From Camelus dromedarius (Eukaryota): 64,000 nucleotides of DNA. Position numbers and translations under genes: made by a program. Of this stretch, positions 63,615 to 64,000 are shown one piece after another. The DNA lies in the NCBI RefSeq assembly GCF_036321535.1, contig NC_087436.1, positions 9,672,001-9,736,000 on the forward strand, in the 5' to 3' direction. Position 1 is the first letter of the stretch, and every line of letters starts with the position of its first letter. The notes below the pieces were generated by a model that searched no databases, was not told where the DNA came from, and saw nothing but the letters and a program-made list of their open reading frames with translations.

Positions 63615-64000
63615 CTTTTTTTTTTTTTTAAGTACTGTCAGTTACAATGTGTCAATTTCTGGCGTACAGCGCAATGTCCCAGTCATGCATATACATACAT
63701 ATATTCATTTTCATATTTTTTTCATTAAAGGTCGTTACAAAATATTGAACATAGTTCCCTGTGCTATACAGCAGAAACTTTTTTTAAATCTATTTTTATA
63801 TATAATGGCTAACATTTGTAAATCTCAAATTCCCTAAGTGAAGTAAGCCAGAAAGAGAAAGAAAAATACAATATAACTCAGATGTAGAATCTAAATGAAA
63901 AAAGAAAAAAAAAGAAAAAAAAGGAAACTATGAATTAACCTACAAAACAGAAACAGACCCAGACATAGTAAACAATCTTATGGTTACTGGGGAAAGGCGG
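63615..64000 (-). mobile_element. Camelid L1 3' end with a 5' inversion (junction at about 63834)
   Basis: Poly-T plus reverse 3'UTR up to caaattccc, then forward ORF2 end and 3'UTR start (taagtgaagtaagccagaaagag...). Confidence 0.85.

Overview
Mammalian, very probably camelid (alpaca/llama/camel), AT-rich genomic DNA. The species inference rests on five tRNA-derived SINEs matching the camelid vic-1 type. I recognise no host protein-coding gene, RNA gene or CRISPR array, so the window looks intergenic or deep-intronic and is dominated by transposable elements. The main components are: (1) a young full-length LINE-1 on the minus strand (22676-29756) with an 11-bp TSD, a CpG-rich 5'UTR, and ORF1/ORF2 broken by 5 homopolymer frameshifts and 2 stops; (2) an old but structurally complete class I (MER34/LTR39-like) ERV provirus on the minus strand (39735-47623) with both LTRs, a tRNA-Leu PBS, gag-pro-pol-env relics, a nested MER41-like solo LTR and a Tigger1 end that replaces the RT core; (3) many older L1, L2, MIR, MaLR, ERVL, hAT and Tigger relics plus microsatellites; (4) a unique GC-richer island at about 61.7-62.7 kb with a perfect CRE and splice signals. 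The most novel-looking signals are a small ORF in the L1 ORF1-ORF2 spacer that is colinear in two L1 families of different age and overlaps the ORF2 start codon, an ORF0-like antisense ORF in the L1 5'UTR, and the unannotated CRE promoter island. Family names come from recalled consensus features, not from a database search. Coordinates of old repeats are approximate.
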